Shown: one piece after another, positions 18,620 to 28,234 of the stretch
How positions within the stretch are numbered: position 1 is the stretch's first letter
How the letters are laid out: each line of letters starts with the position of its first letter
Source of the DNA: Verrucomicrobiia bacterium
Lineage (GTDB): Bacteria > Verrucomicrobiota > Verrucomicrobiia > Limisphaerales > UBA11358
Length of the DNA stretch: 64,000 nt
Assembly: GCA_035577265.1 (NCBI GenBank)
Contig: DATLVR010000066.1
Location: forward strand, 93,819-157,818
Direction: 5' to 3'
Translations under genes and position numbers: made by a program
The notes under the pieces: model-generated
Seen by the model: only the letters and a program-made list of their open reading frames with translations
Told to the model about the DNA's origin: nothing
Database searches by the model: none

Positions 18620-19033
18620 ACATCTGGGATTTTAGCTTGAGGTGTGCCGCCGGCGGCACACCCCGATTTTCGTCAGGAAAGGCCAAAAAACATTCAGTTT
18701 TCACCGGACCGGTCGGGGAGCTGACAACCATTTAGACAGGCGTGGCAATCAAACAGGCATCGGGCCTTTCCGGATGACATTCGAATCCATGACCATACTC
18801 GCTCTGCCCAAGACGTGAAAAAGCTTCAGAAACTTCACTGATGCCCTGAACTTCCCGGGCGAAGCCTCCTGAATCCAACCAAGCCCGGCTGGCTTGGTGA
18901 AATCTCCGGCCCCGTTCCGCCAGAATTTCAGACAAAGGAGTTGCCTCTAAAATAGTTCGCCGGAACAATTAAACGAAACGATGCTTGCGCGCCTGTGTTC
19001 AATGAACTAGAAATCGGCGGACGATAGCGACCT

Positions 19034-19915
19034 ATGGCGACTTACACCATCATCGGTGGCGACCAGAAAGAATACGGCCCGATCCCGGAGACGCAATTGC
19101 GCCAGTGGATCGCGGACGGTCGTGCCAACGCACAGAGCAAGGTGCGGGTGGAAGGCGCGACGGAATGGAAATTGTTGTCCGACCTGCCCGAATTTCAAGA
19201 TGTGCTGCAAAGTTCCGTCCTGCCGCCCATTTCCGCTGCGGTCCCCGCCGCGCCGCCCGCCACCTCCGAAAAAACCAGCGGCCTGGCGGTGACGTCGCTG
19301 GTGCTCGGCATTTTGGGAATGTTCACCTGCGGCCTCACGGCGCTGTTCGGATTGATCCTGGGGATCATCGCGATGGTCCGGGTGAAGAACAGCGGCGGGA
19401 AATTGAGCGGCAACGGCCTGGCGCTGGCAGGAATAATCGTCTCCGCGATCTTTCTGTTCATGATCCCAATCTTTGCCGCCATGCTGCTCCCGGCGCTGGC
19501 TGCCGCGAAACAGAAAGCGCAGACGATCAATTGCGTGAACAACGAAAAGCAGCTGGCGCTGGCGGTGCGGATTTATTCCGGCGATAATGGCAACCACTTT
19601 CCACCGGCAGCGACGTGGTGTGATGCGATCAACTCCGCCGTCGGTTCGAGCAAGGTTTTTCAGTGTCCCGCCGCCACCTCCGGCGCCCGGTGCGATTACG
19701 CCTACAATGTGAAGCTCGACGGCCTGGAAGAAAGCAAGGTGGACCCGAACACGGTCATGATTTTTGAAGCGGATGCCGGCTGGAATGCGAATGGTGGTTC
19801 GGAATTGATGCCCGGCCGGGCACGCCACAGCCGGACGTTCGTGGTTGCGTTTGCGGACGGCAGTGTCCGGCAGTTGCGGGAGAACCAGCTCAGCACGCTG
19901 CGTTGGGATCCTTGA
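19034..19915 (+). CDS. chimeric protein: GYF_2 (DUF4339)-like N-domain, DUF4190-like TM region, H-X9-DG pilin-like C-domain
   Basis: YTIIGGDQKEYGPI..QLRQWI (GYF_2-like). LLPALAAAKQKAQTINCVNNEKQLALAV is pilin-helix-like. HSRTFVVAFADGSV is an exact H-X9-DG. Confidence 0.65.
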   Translation: MATYTIIGGDQKEYGPIPETQLRQWIADGRANAQSKVRVEGATEWKLLSDLPEFQDVLQSSVLPPISAAVPAAPPATSEKTSGLAVTSLVLGILGMFTCGLTALFGLILGIIAMVRVKNSGGKLSGNGLALAGIIVSAIFLFMIPIFAAMLLPALAAAKQKAQTINCVNNEKQLALAVRIYSGDNGNHFPPAATWCDAINSAVGSSKVFQCPAATSGARCDYAYNVKLDGLEESKVDPNTVMIFEADAGWNANGGSELMPGRARHSRTFVVAFADGSVRQLRENQLSTLRWDP

Positions 19916-19953
19916 TTCAAAAAAATGAAGTCAGTGAACTAGAAAGAGCGAAT

Positions 19954-20934
19954 ATGTATACCATCATCGGCGGCGACCAGAAAGAATACGGCCCCATCAG
20001 CGCGGAGGACGTGCGGCAATGGATCGCCGAAGGACGGCTCAATGAAAAATCCCAGGTCAAGGGCGAGGGCGACGCGGAATTCCGGCCGCTCGAAACCTTT
20101 TCGGAATTCGCCATCTGTTTCACCCCCAGCAGTTCCATGCCGAAACTGCCGCCGTCGGCCTTTGCCGTCGGCATTGAACCGGAGAAGCCGTTGGATTACG
20201 AACTGGACATCGCCGGATGCATGAGCCGCGGCTTCGAGCTGGTGAAAAGCAACATGGGCCTGTTGTTCGTCGGTGCGTTGATCTACATGCTGATCGAAGG
20301 GGCCATCGGCGGGCTGGCGCAGATCCCGTTCGTCGGCGCGCTGTTTTCCATCGCGAACTTCATCATCTCCGGGCCGCTGATAGGCGGCGTGTTCTATCTG
20401 TTCATTTGCTCTGTCCGCGGTGAACCGGCGGAGATCGGGGATATTTTTGCCGGTTTCCGGCGCGCGTTCGGGCAACTGTTTCTCGGCACGCTGGTGCAGG
20501 GGCTGTTCATCGGCCTCTGCTTGTTGCCGTTCATCATCGTGTTTGCAATCAAAATCCTGCCGCTGGTGGGCCATCTGCAATCCGGCTCGACGCCGGACCG
20601 GGAAACGGTGGAGGCGATCAAGTCGGTGCTGCTCGTCAGTCTGCCGGTGCTGCTGGTGTGCGCGATCCCCGCGATCTATCTGAGCGTTTGCTGGAAGTTC
20701 ACCCTGCCGCTCATCGTGGACAAGCAGCTGGATTTCTGGACGGCGATGGGGGCGAGCCGGAAGATGGTCAATAAGCACTGGTTCCATGTTTTTGGCCTGA
20801 TCGTCCTGATTTCGCTGCTGAACCTTGCAGGGCTGTGTGCGTGCTGCATCGGCGTGCTGTTCACTTTTCCAGTCGGCATCGCGGCGCTAATGTATGCCTA
20901 TGAAACTATTTTCTCCGAAGGGCCGGCCGCTTAG
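19954..20934 (+). CDS. GYF_2-like N-domain fused to a polytopic membrane domain
   Basis: Start at MYTIIGGDQKEYGPISAEDVRQWI, a paralogue of the upstream N-domain, followed by about 6 TM segments. Confidence 0.6.
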   Translation: MYTIIGGDQKEYGPISAEDVRQWIAEGRLNEKSQVKGEGDAEFRPLETFSEFAICFTPSSSMPKLPPSAFAVGIEPEKPLDYELDIAGCMSRGFELVKSNMGLLFVGALIYMLIEGAIGGLAQIPFVGALFSIANFIISGPLIGGVFYLFICSVRGEPAEIGDIFAGFRRAFGQLFLGTLVQGLFIGLCLLPFIIVFAIKILPLVGHLQSGSTPDRETVEAIKSVLLVSLPVLLVCAIPAIYLSVCWKFTLPLIVDKQLDFWTAMGASRKMVNKHWFHVFGLIVLISLLNLAGLCACCIGVLFTFPVGIAALMYAYETIFSEGPAA

Positions 20935-21544
20935 CCGCGCGCGGGCGAGGAATGCAGCGCTCCTCAACCTGCTGGCCACGCCCGGTCTCGGCTCGCTGAT
21001 CGCGCGGCGCTGGATCGCGGGCACCGGACAGCTCCTGCTGGCCGTCACGGGATTCCTGCTGTTTCTGGTCTGGTTCCTCAAGGAGATGACGCAGTTTTAC
21101 GGCCAGATCAGCGGGGATGTCGAAGTGCGCCCGGTCTGGAATTTGCTGTTCGCCGGCCTGATCCTGTTTGCCGTCGCGTGGCTGTGGTCAGCGGTGACGA
21201 GCATCAGCCTGATGCGCGAGACGGCATCGGGCAAGGAACAGGCATTGAAAAATTTCGGCGCGCCGCCGGTGCAAAAGCTCGACGAGGCCAAGATCCCGCC
21301 CGCGCTCGCCACCGTTCCCGATTGGAAATTGTCGGGTGCGACGATCGTGCGGACGTATCAGTTCAAGGATTTTCCGGCCGCGATCAAATTTGTGGAAGGG
21401 GTCGCCGCACTGGCGGAGCAGGAGTGGCATCATCCCGACATCGACATCCGCTGGAACAAGGTGACGCTCGTCCTCTCCACGCACGACGCGGGCGGGCTGA
21501 CGGAAAAGGATTTCGCGCTGGCGCGGAAGTTTGACCGGTTGTGA
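20894..21544 (+). CDS. membrane-anchored pterin-4a-carbinolamine dehydratase (PCD/DCoH)-like protein
   Basis: C-terminal FKDFPAAIKFV..EQEWHHPDIDIRWNKVTLVLSTHD is the PCD signature. The N-terminal ~110 aa carries 2 TM. The start is uncertain; as drawn it overlaps the upstream gene by 41 nt. Confidence 0.6.
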   Translation: MPMKLFSPKGRPLSRARARNAALLNLLATPGLGSLIARRWIAGTGQLLLAVTGFLLFLVWFLKEMTQFYGQISGDVEVRPVWNLLFAGLILFAVAWLWSAVTSISLMRETASGKEQALKNFGAPPVQKLDEAKIPPALATVPDWKLSGATIVRTYQFKDFPAAIKFVEGVAALAEQEWHHPDIDIRWNKVTLVLSTHDAGGLTEKDFALARKFDRL

Positions 21545-21554
21545 CCCGCGGGCT

Positions 21555-22481
21555 TCAGAACACCACGGGCACGCCTTCGTCAAGGATATGTAATTTGTGG
21601 GTGAGCTTTTCCTGCACGGCGATTTCCCGCAGCCAGCGCGGCGGCTCCGCCAGATCCTCGAATGACAGCTTGAACGTGCCGTAGTGCATCGGCACAAAAC
21701 ATTTCGCGCCGAGTTCCTTGAACGCCTGCATCGCCTCGTCCGGCCCCATGTGCACGTGCCGGAACGAATCCGGGTGATACGCGCCGATGGGCAGCAGCGC
21801 GATTTCCGGCGCAAGTTTGGTTCCAATCTCGGTGAACCCGTCGAAATACGCGCTGTCACCGGCGTGATAAATCTTCCGTCCTTGATGCTCCAAAACAAAG
21901 CCGCCGTAGCCACGGTGTCCGTCGTGCAGCGTACGTGCGCCCCAGTGCTTGCTCGGTGTGAACGTCACCTTCCATTCCTTCTGGGCAAAACTTTCCCAGT
22001 GGTCCAGCTCAATGACGCGCGCAAAACCGAGGTCGTGCGCCAGATCGCCCACGCCGCGCGGCATCACGCCGATTTTCGGATGCGGCAGCTTGCGCAGGGT
22101 CGGCTTGTGGAAATGGTCGAAGTGCGCGTGGGTCAGCAGCACCAAATCGATCGGCGGCAGGTCCTTGATTTTCAGCCCGGCGCGTTTGATGCGCTTCAGC
22201 AGGAACAGCCAGTTGGCAAAATTCGGATCGATCAATACGTTCAAATCCGTGAACTGGATCAGGAAGGAGGCATGACCGATCCAGGTGATGGCGACCTCGC
22301 CGGTCTTCAACCTGGGAAAAACCGGACGATGGTGTTCGCCGTGGCGCGGCGTAAGCAGGGCCTTCCAGACCAGCTCGCGGAAAAACGTGGCGGGATTAAA
22401 ATGCTTCGCCGGGGTCAGATCCTTGAACGAACGCGGCAGTTTCCGGCGGGGAGCGCTTTTGGTTGAAGCCAGCTTGTTCAT
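21555..22481 (-). CDS. MBL-fold metallo-hydrolase
   Basis: ITWIGHASFLIQ and LLTHAHFDH motifs. Start set at MNKLAST (22479-22481). Confidence 0.75.
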   Translation of the reverse strand: MNKLASTKSAPRRKLPRSFKDLTPAKHFNPATFFRELVWKALLTPRHGEHHRPVFPRLKTGEVAITWIGHASFLIQFTDLNVLIDPNFANWLFLLKRIKRAGLKIKDLPPIDLVLLTHAHFDHFHKPTLRKLPHPKIGVMPRGVGDLAHDLGFARVIELDHWESFAQKEWKVTFTPSKHWGARTLHDGHRGYGGFVLEHQGRKIYHAGDSAYFDGFTEIGTKLAPEIALLPIGAYHPDSFRHVHMGPDEAMQAFKELGAKCFVPMHYGTFKLSFEDLAEPPRWLREIAVQEKLTHKLHILDEGVPVVF

Positions 22482-22584
22482 AAAACGATTGAAAAGACTA
22501 TCCGTTTCCGGGTTTGAATAAAAACAAAATCCACACGTCAGATTGGGTGAACGCAATCAAACGTTCAAACGAAAGACTTGAATT

Positions 22585-22962
22585 ATGAAAACAATGATAC
22601 TGACTGGAAGCATGGCGCTCGCGCTCGCCGGAGCGGGCCTGCAATCGGCCCGGGCCGGTGATCGGGAATGGGCCACGGTCGGCAAGGTGCTCACTGGCGT
22701 GGCGGTCGCGGGCATCATCGTGGCGGCAACCGACGGGCACGCGCAGTGCAGCGTGACTTACAGCACGCCGGCGTATTGCCCGCCCTGTCCGCCACCGCCA
22801 CAAGTGGTCTATTGTCCGCCGCCGGCGCCCGTGGTTTATTGCCCGCCCCCGGTGGTTTATTATCAGCCGCCGGTCGTGGTCTATCCGTCGCGGGTGGCGT
22901 ATTATCATCCGAATCGCTGGGAGCATCATGAAGACTGGCGCGCGCAACATGGCCGCTGGTGA
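22585..22962 (+). CDS. small secreted Pro/Cys/Tyr-rich repeat protein
   Basis: Signal peptide, then YCPPCPPPPQVVYCPPPAPVVYCPPPVVYYQPPVVVY. Confidence 0.55.
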   Translation: MKTMILTGSMALALAGAGLQSARAGDREWATVGKVLTGVAVAGIIVAATDGHAQCSVTYSTPAYCPPCPPPPQVVYCPPPAPVVYCPPPVVYYQPPVVVYPSRVAYYHPNRWEHHEDWRAQHGRW

Positions 22963-22986
22963 ATTTTGGGGAACCGGAGGAAGCGA

Positions 22987-23018
22987 GCCCGTCGGATGGA
23001 AACATCCGGCGGGCTTTT
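22987..23018 (+). terminator. intrinsic terminator
   Basis: 12-bp stem gcccgtcggatg/catccggcgggc (one G-U), gaaa loop, then tttt. It starts 25 nt after the stop at 22962. Confidence 0.7.
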
Positions 23019-23300
23019 CATATCGTAGCGGCGTGTCGGCAGACCGCCGTGGTTGTATTCAGGAAACCGAATAATCCGGCTGTCTCCCGAAAGCCGCCAC
23101 GTTAGGCATTGATTTTTTGCCGACAGACAAAAATATTTTCAATTCACGCCGAAGCCGGCCGCTGAACTATTCTGGCCGCGTGAACAATCAATCCGCCGAC
23201 CCGTCCGTTGTCCGCCGATTCCTGTTTGCTTTGGCGTCGTTTCGTGTTTCACTCCCCACGCAACCCGGTCGTGCCGTTCGCTCAACAGACAGGTGATGCT

Positions 23301-26243
23301 ATGGAAATTTTCTTCGGTCTGATCGCCATCGTGCTGGCCGCCATCGCCCTCTGGCGCGCCAAAACCGTCAGCGAAAATAACGAGCAACTCACCGACCGTC
23401 TCACCCAGCTGGAGCTGGAAGTGTATCGGCTGCGGCAAAAACAGACTTCTGCGGCCCCCGTCACGCCCGCCGCCACGACGGAAACTGCCGGCGAGGTTGC
23501 GCGGCGCGATGCCGTCCGTGAACCGGAAATTCCCGTCACGCCACCGCCGCCCCCGGCCATTCCACCGCTGCTGCCAACGCACACGGGGACACCGCCGCCA
23601 ATTATCAGGCCGCAGCGATCCGAACCCAGGTCCGCGCCGGCCATCACGCCACTGCCTGCTTTCGCAGCGCAAACCAAAGCCGCGCCGGAAGCAGACGTTC
23701 CTCCCGTTGCCGAACCGGCACCGGTCGCGGGTAAGAATTCGTTCGAGATGCGGCTGGGAACCTACTGGCTCGTGCGTGCCGGCATCGTGATGCTGCTGAC
23801 CGGCCTCGCGTTCTTCGCCAACTACGCCTATCACCACGTCGTTCCCAAACTCGGCCCCGGCGGAAAAATTTCACTGCTCTATCTGGCCAGCGGACTGCTG
23901 CTCGGCGCGGGCGCGTGGTGGCAGCGGCGCTCCGCGAGCGAGTCGCTGAAAAATTATGCGCAGGTGTTGTTTGCCGGCGGACTCGCGGCGGTCTATTTCA
24001 CGACCTACGCGGCGCATCACATCCCGCCGCTGCGCATCATCGCCAGCGCGCTGCTCGATGGCACGTTGCTGCTCGCCTGGGCGGGCGTGATCATGTGGAT
24101 CGCCGACCGCCGCAAATCCGAGGTCATGGCGCTCTTCGCCGTCGGCCTCGCGTTTTACAGCTCGGTCATCACGCGCGTCGGTGAATTCACCCTTTACTCG
24201 AATCTGATTCTCACGGTCGCCGCGGTTGTGTTTCTGGTCCGCAACCGCTGGGCCGGACTCTCCTTTGCGAGCCTGGCCACGAGCTACGCGGGCTACACCT
24301 TCTGGCGGTTTCTGCACGAAGACGGCTGGCGCTGGGCTTCGCCCGACGAAAATCTCTGGCTCGGCGCGGGCTTTCTTGCGAGCTACTGGCTGGTGTTCAC
24401 GGCGGCAACCTTCCTGTCCAAAAGCGAAAGGCTATCCGGCCCGAACCGCGCCGCGTTCCTCACGTTGAACAATGGCGCGTTCTTCGCGTTGTTTCTGCTG
24501 ACGATGCTGCAGGTGCATAGCGGCGGCTTCTGGAAATTCTCGCTGGGCTACGGCACGGTGCTGCTCGCGCTGGCCATCTTCGCGAAGAAAATGCTGCCGG
24601 ACGAACCGTTCGCAAAAAATTCCTACCTCACGCAGGGACTCCTGCTCGTCACGCTCGGTTTTATTTCCAAATTCGCCGGCCTGCAGCTTGCGCTCGTCCT
24701 CGGCGTGGAAAGTGTCGTGTTGTTCGTCCTCGGCTCGCAACGCCAGAGCCTCGTCCTGAAATGCTTCTCGTTCGCCGCCGCCGTGCTGGCGACCGGCTGG
24801 TGCGTGGCGAACCTGAAACAGTTTGATTTTGAAATTGTTGACGATCACGGCATGTGGATCGGCGGGGGACTTGGCGCGCTGCTGGCGTTCAACGCATTTT
24901 GGGCGCACCGGCTGGATGCCGGGAAAAGTTCATCGCCGCTCCGCGCGGAACCGGCTTTTTTCACGCTGCTGGCGTTTGCCAGCTGGCTGGCCGCGACTTG
25001 GTGCCACACCACCGAAGCAAACTTTCCCCTCGCGCTCGCCGCCGAAACCATTGTGCTCACGTTTTCCATTTACCTGTTGCGCGTCCGCGAAATCACGCTG
25101 CTCGGCCAATTCTTCCTGGTGTTCGCGCAGTTCGCGTGGCTGGTCCATTTCATGAATCACACGCCGCCGTGGTGGAATCCGCTGGCCCTGATAGTCGTCA
25201 CCCTCGGCTTGAGCCACTGGTGGCAGCACCAGAAAATTCTGACCGTCAGCCGGAACATCTTCGTCTGCTATTCGACCGTCTTTGCGCTGGCCGCCGTCGG
25301 CATCACGCTGGTGTGGCTGCATCCGCTCGTCGAAGCGCCAGCGTGGCTCGCGCTCACCAGCCTGCTCGCGGTGGCCGCGACCATTTACGGCGTCACCAGC
25401 CGCGCGTGGCCGCTAGCGATTTGCGGGCAGATTTTTCTGGCTGTCAGCGCCTGGGAATTTTTTGCGCAAGTCTGGACGCACAAGCCCGCATGGTTTTTTC
25501 CGCTCGCGCCCGTCGCCGTGTTCGGAATGTTGTCGCTTGCCACCATCGGCTGGTTCGCGCGCAAGCCGGACAGCCAATCTGAAGTGCGCGATCCGCTGCT
25601 GCAAATGGCGATGGCTTATCGCTGGATCGCGCTCGCGATGTCGCTGTGCTGGCTCTGGCAATACGTCCCGGACCGCCAGCACGTCGGCGCGTTCATGGCC
25701 GCGGCCATTGGCGTTTTTGCGCTAGCCGTCTGGCGGCGCAACCGCGAGGCGCTCCTCGCGTCGGCGGTGTATGCGGCCACGGCATTGTTCACGCTTTGGG
25801 TGGTCGAAGATTTGCAGATGGATGTCTATTGGATGAACCTGCTGGCATTGCTTGCGTTGCTGGCCATGCAACAGATTCTCCGCCGACTGCCGCAACGCTT
25901 TTCACTCGATGAAAAAATCCACGGCGCGATTATTTTCATCACCGGCATCAGCCTGTGGCGGTTCGTTTCGTGCTGGGTGACCACCAGCGGCATTTTCCTG
26001 ACGATGACCTGGGCCGGTTTCGCCGTGCTGGTGTTTGCAGCGGGAATGATGTTGCGCGAACGGTTTCATCGCTGGCTCGGCCTGGGCGTGCTGGCGGCGG
26101 CGGTCGGGCGCGTCGTGTTGGTGGATGTGTGGAAACAGGAAACGATCTACCGAGTGCTGACCTTCATGGCGCTCGGCGTAGCGCTGCTGGTTGTCGGATT
26201 CATCTACAACAAATTCCAGGACGCGATCCGGAAATGGCTGTAG
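23301..26243 (+). CDS. very large polytopic membrane protein (DUF2339-like)
   Basis: N-terminal TM, coiled-coil and Pro-rich linker, then more than 25 hydrophobic segments. Start at MEIFFGLIAIV. Confidence 0.5.
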   Translation: MEIFFGLIAIVLAAIALWRAKTVSENNEQLTDRLTQLELEVYRLRQKQTSAAPVTPAATTETAGEVARRDAVREPEIPVTPPPPPAIPPLLPTHTGTPPPIIRPQRSEPRSAPAITPLPAFAAQTKAAPEADVPPVAEPAPVAGKNSFEMRLGTYWLVRAGIVMLLTGLAFFANYAYHHVVPKLGPGGKISLLYLASGLLLGAGAWWQRRSASESLKNYAQVLFAGGLAAVYFTTYAAHHIPPLRIIASALLDGTLLLAWAGVIMWIADRRKSEVMALFAVGLAFYSSVITRVGEFTLYSNLILTVAAVVFLVRNRWAGLSFASLATSYAGYTFWRFLHEDGWRWASPDENLWLGAGFLASYWLVFTAATFLSKSERLSGPNRAAFLTLNNGAFFALFLLTMLQVHSGGFWKFSLGYGTVLLALAIFAKKMLPDEPFAKNSYLTQGLLLVTLGFISKFAGLQLALVLGVESVVLFVLGSQRQSLVLKCFSFAAAVLATGWCVANLKQFDFEIVDDHGMWIGGGLGALLAFNAFWAHRLDAGKSSSPLRAEPAFFTLLAFASWLAATWCHTTEANFPLALAAETIVLTFSIYLLRVREITLLGQFFLVFAQFAWLVHFMNHTPPWWNPLALIVVTLGLSHWWQHQKILTVSRNIFVCYSTVFALAAVGITLVWLHPLVEAPAWLALTSLLAVAATIYGVTSRAWPLAICGQIFLAVSAWEFFAQVWTHKPAWFFPLAPVAVFGMLSLATIGWFARKPDSQSEVRDPLLQMAMAYRWIALAMSLCWLWQYVPDRQHVGAFMAAAIGVFALAVWRRNREALLASAVYAATALFTLWVVEDLQMDVYWMNLLALLALLAMQQILRRLPQRFSLDEKIHGAIIFITGISLWRFVSCWVTTSGIFLTMTWAGFAVLVFAAGMMLRERFHRWLGLGVLAAAVGRVVLVDVWKQETIYRVLTFMALGVALLVVGFIYNKFQDAIRKWL

Positions 26244-26294
26244 GTAGTAGTGGCACGGACTTTACAACCGGCCAGAATTCGCCACTCTGCGCTT

Positions 26295-27476
26295 ATGAAA
26301 AAGAGCCTGATCGCCCTTCTCATTGCCTGCCTTGGATTTTCACTGATGACCGCGCACGCGGCGGCGACCACCGCCACAGCCGCCACCGAAAAAAACACGC
26401 CCGGCAAGGAAATGGCCCAGACGCTGTCCATGATCACCGGCGTGGCGATTTCCCCGCTCATGGGCGTGGGCGCGGTTGGGGCGTGGGAATGGTGGCACGC
26501 CAATACGCCGGAAAAAAAGGCCAAGCTCCATTGGTTCGCCAATCCGTTGTTCTGGGTGCCGGCGCTGTTGCTGGTCGCCGCGTGTTTTGTGAAGGATTCC
26601 GCCGGCATCGCCCTGCCGCCCGTGCTGAAGAAACCGTTCGACGTGGCTGAAACCGTGGAGCATAAAATCAGCGGTCTCGTGGCCACGGGCGCGTTCGTGC
26701 CGATCGCCGCCTCGATCTTTCACGCCAGCAACTCAGGCGATGGCACGTCGTGGAGCGCCGCCGGATTTGCCGCGATCGATCTTTCGTGGCTCTACAACGC
26801 GCTGATGGTGCCCATCGCGATGGTGGCATTCTTCATCGTGTTTCTCGCGTCCAACGCCGTCAACATTCTCATCCTGCTGAGTCCGTTCGGCGCGGTGGAT
26901 GCGGCGCTCAAGGCGTTCCGCACGTCCATCATCGCCAGCATCGCCGTCACCTCGTTCGCGAATCCATGGATGGGCGCGGCATGGGCGCTCACCATCATCC
27001 TGATTTCCTGGCTTATCGCCGGCTGGTCGTTCCGGCTCTCGCACTTCGGACTCTCCTTCATCTGGGATTTTGTCACGCTCCGCAGCAGCCGCTTCAAGCC
27101 GGACCCGACCGCGAACAAGGTTTTTCTGGGCCGCAAGATTGATTACGTGCCCGCCCGCACCTACGGCAAATTAAGCCGGGACGAAAAGAGCGGCCTCATC
27201 CTGAAATATCGTCCGTGGCTGGTGCTGCCCGAACGCACACTCACGTTGCCAGCGATGAAATACGCCGCCGGCAAGGGATTGTTTTTCTCGGAAATTTTGC
27301 AGGTGGACGGCGACAACGCCAAGATCGCCCTGCTGTTGCCGCCGCGTTATCGCGGACACGAATATGAACTGGTCGCCATCTACGGCCTGACCGACGTGCG
27401 CGACACCGGCCTGCTCGCTGCGTGGGCGTGGTTCAAATCCATGCTTGGATTCAAAACCAAAATCCCCGCCACCTAA
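26295..27476 (+). CDS. membrane protein with signal peptide, unknown function
   Basis: MKKSLIALLIACLGFSLMTAHA signal, several TM segments. Same strand, 52 nt after the DUF2339-like gene. Confidence 0.5.
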   Translation: MKKSLIALLIACLGFSLMTAHAAATTATAATEKNTPGKEMAQTLSMITGVAISPLMGVGAVGAWEWWHANTPEKKAKLHWFANPLFWVPALLLVAACFVKDSAGIALPPVLKKPFDVAETVEHKISGLVATGAFVPIAASIFHASNSGDGTSWSAAGFAAIDLSWLYNALMVPIAMVAFFIVFLASNAVNILILLSPFGAVDAALKAFRTSIIASIAVTSFANPWMGAAWALTIILISWLIAGWSFRLSHFGLSFIWDFVTLRSSRFKPDPTANKVFLGRKIDYVPARTYGKLSRDEKSGLILKYRPWLVLPERTLTLPAMKYAAGKGLFFSEILQVDGDNAKIALLLPPRYRGHEYELVAIYGLTDVRDTGLLAAWAWFKSMLGFKTKIPAT

Positions 27477-27507
27477 GCCGGAACAATTCAGTCCGAGTGA
27501 AACTGGT

Positions 27508-27638
27508 CTCACGCCAAGACCGCCAAGGACGCAAAGAAAACTGATCGCTTGAGTTCAAAAGCGACGCACTGAATAGGGATTCAGAATTCTTGTGAGAAAA
27601 TCACTGCCTGCCGCTTCCCTTGGCGGCCTTGGCGTGAG
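27508..27638. repeat. inverted repeat (25-nt arms, ~81-nt spacer)
   Basis: ctcacgccaagaccgccaaggacgc (27508-27532) versus cttcccttggcggccttggcgtgag (27614-27638), nearly reverse-complementary. Lies between convergent genes. Confidence 0.7.
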
Positions 27639-27733
27639 GTGCTTCTGCAGCGTTCCAGCTAAGGGATTCGGCACTTGCCGCGCTGCGGGTGAAGAAGATT
27701 TGCAGCCTGTCTAGCTGCTAGGCCCAATCTTTC

Positions 27734-28165
27734 TCATAACGGTGTCATCCCATTGGGGTTTTTGGGATGCGGCTTACCACCACGCTCTGCATGATTCCAG
27801 AGGCCGATGCAACCGTCAGTCTGCCAAGAATCAATCAGTAACCAGTCAAGCACCTTTGCCAATGGAATCTTCGGCTCGACTCGCGCCTGAGCTTTCACCA
27901 GAGTCACCTGCGCCGCCCACTCGACACGCCGTCGGTATATCCAAGACTCAAGCGGAGTCATGGAATCAAATCCCTCGCCATTTAAAAGCGAGCGAATCTT
28001 CGCGGAAAGCGTATCGCGTGTGGACATCTCAATTTGTGCAACCTGAAACCAAAAATCTGGTGATGACTCCGGCGGCAACTCCGGCGGCAAAATCGCCGGC
28101 AACCGTGCGTCTGTGTCCTTCATCCAATCAAGGACATCTATCCAAATTGATTTTGAGGCACTCAC
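27734..28165 (-). CDS. hypothetical protein
   Basis: 143 aa ORF in a lower-GC stretch. No recognisable motif. Confidence 0.4.
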   Translation of the reverse strand: MSASKSIWIDVLDWMKDTDARLPAILPPELPPESSPDFWFQVAQIEMSTRDTLSAKIRSLLNGEGFDSMTPLESWIYRRRVEWAAQVTLVKAQARVEPKIPLAKVLDWLLIDSWQTDGCIGLWNHAERGGKPHPKNPNGMTPL

Positions 28166-28234
28166 AGATTGGGCCTAACAGAAAATCGGCGGCATGTTTT
28201 GCAGCCTGTCCAAGTGTTAAGCCAAGGCGCAATA

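Noticed and set aside
18732-18968. 78 aa minus-strand ORF in the lower-GC spacer between the lipoprotein gene and the first GYF gene
   Set aside because: It has no recognisable motif, a non-ATG start and no obvious ribosome-binding context. The adjacent perfect 22-nt palindrome ggtgtgccgccggcggcacacc (18641-18662) is real, but I cannot assign it a role. It is left uncalled.
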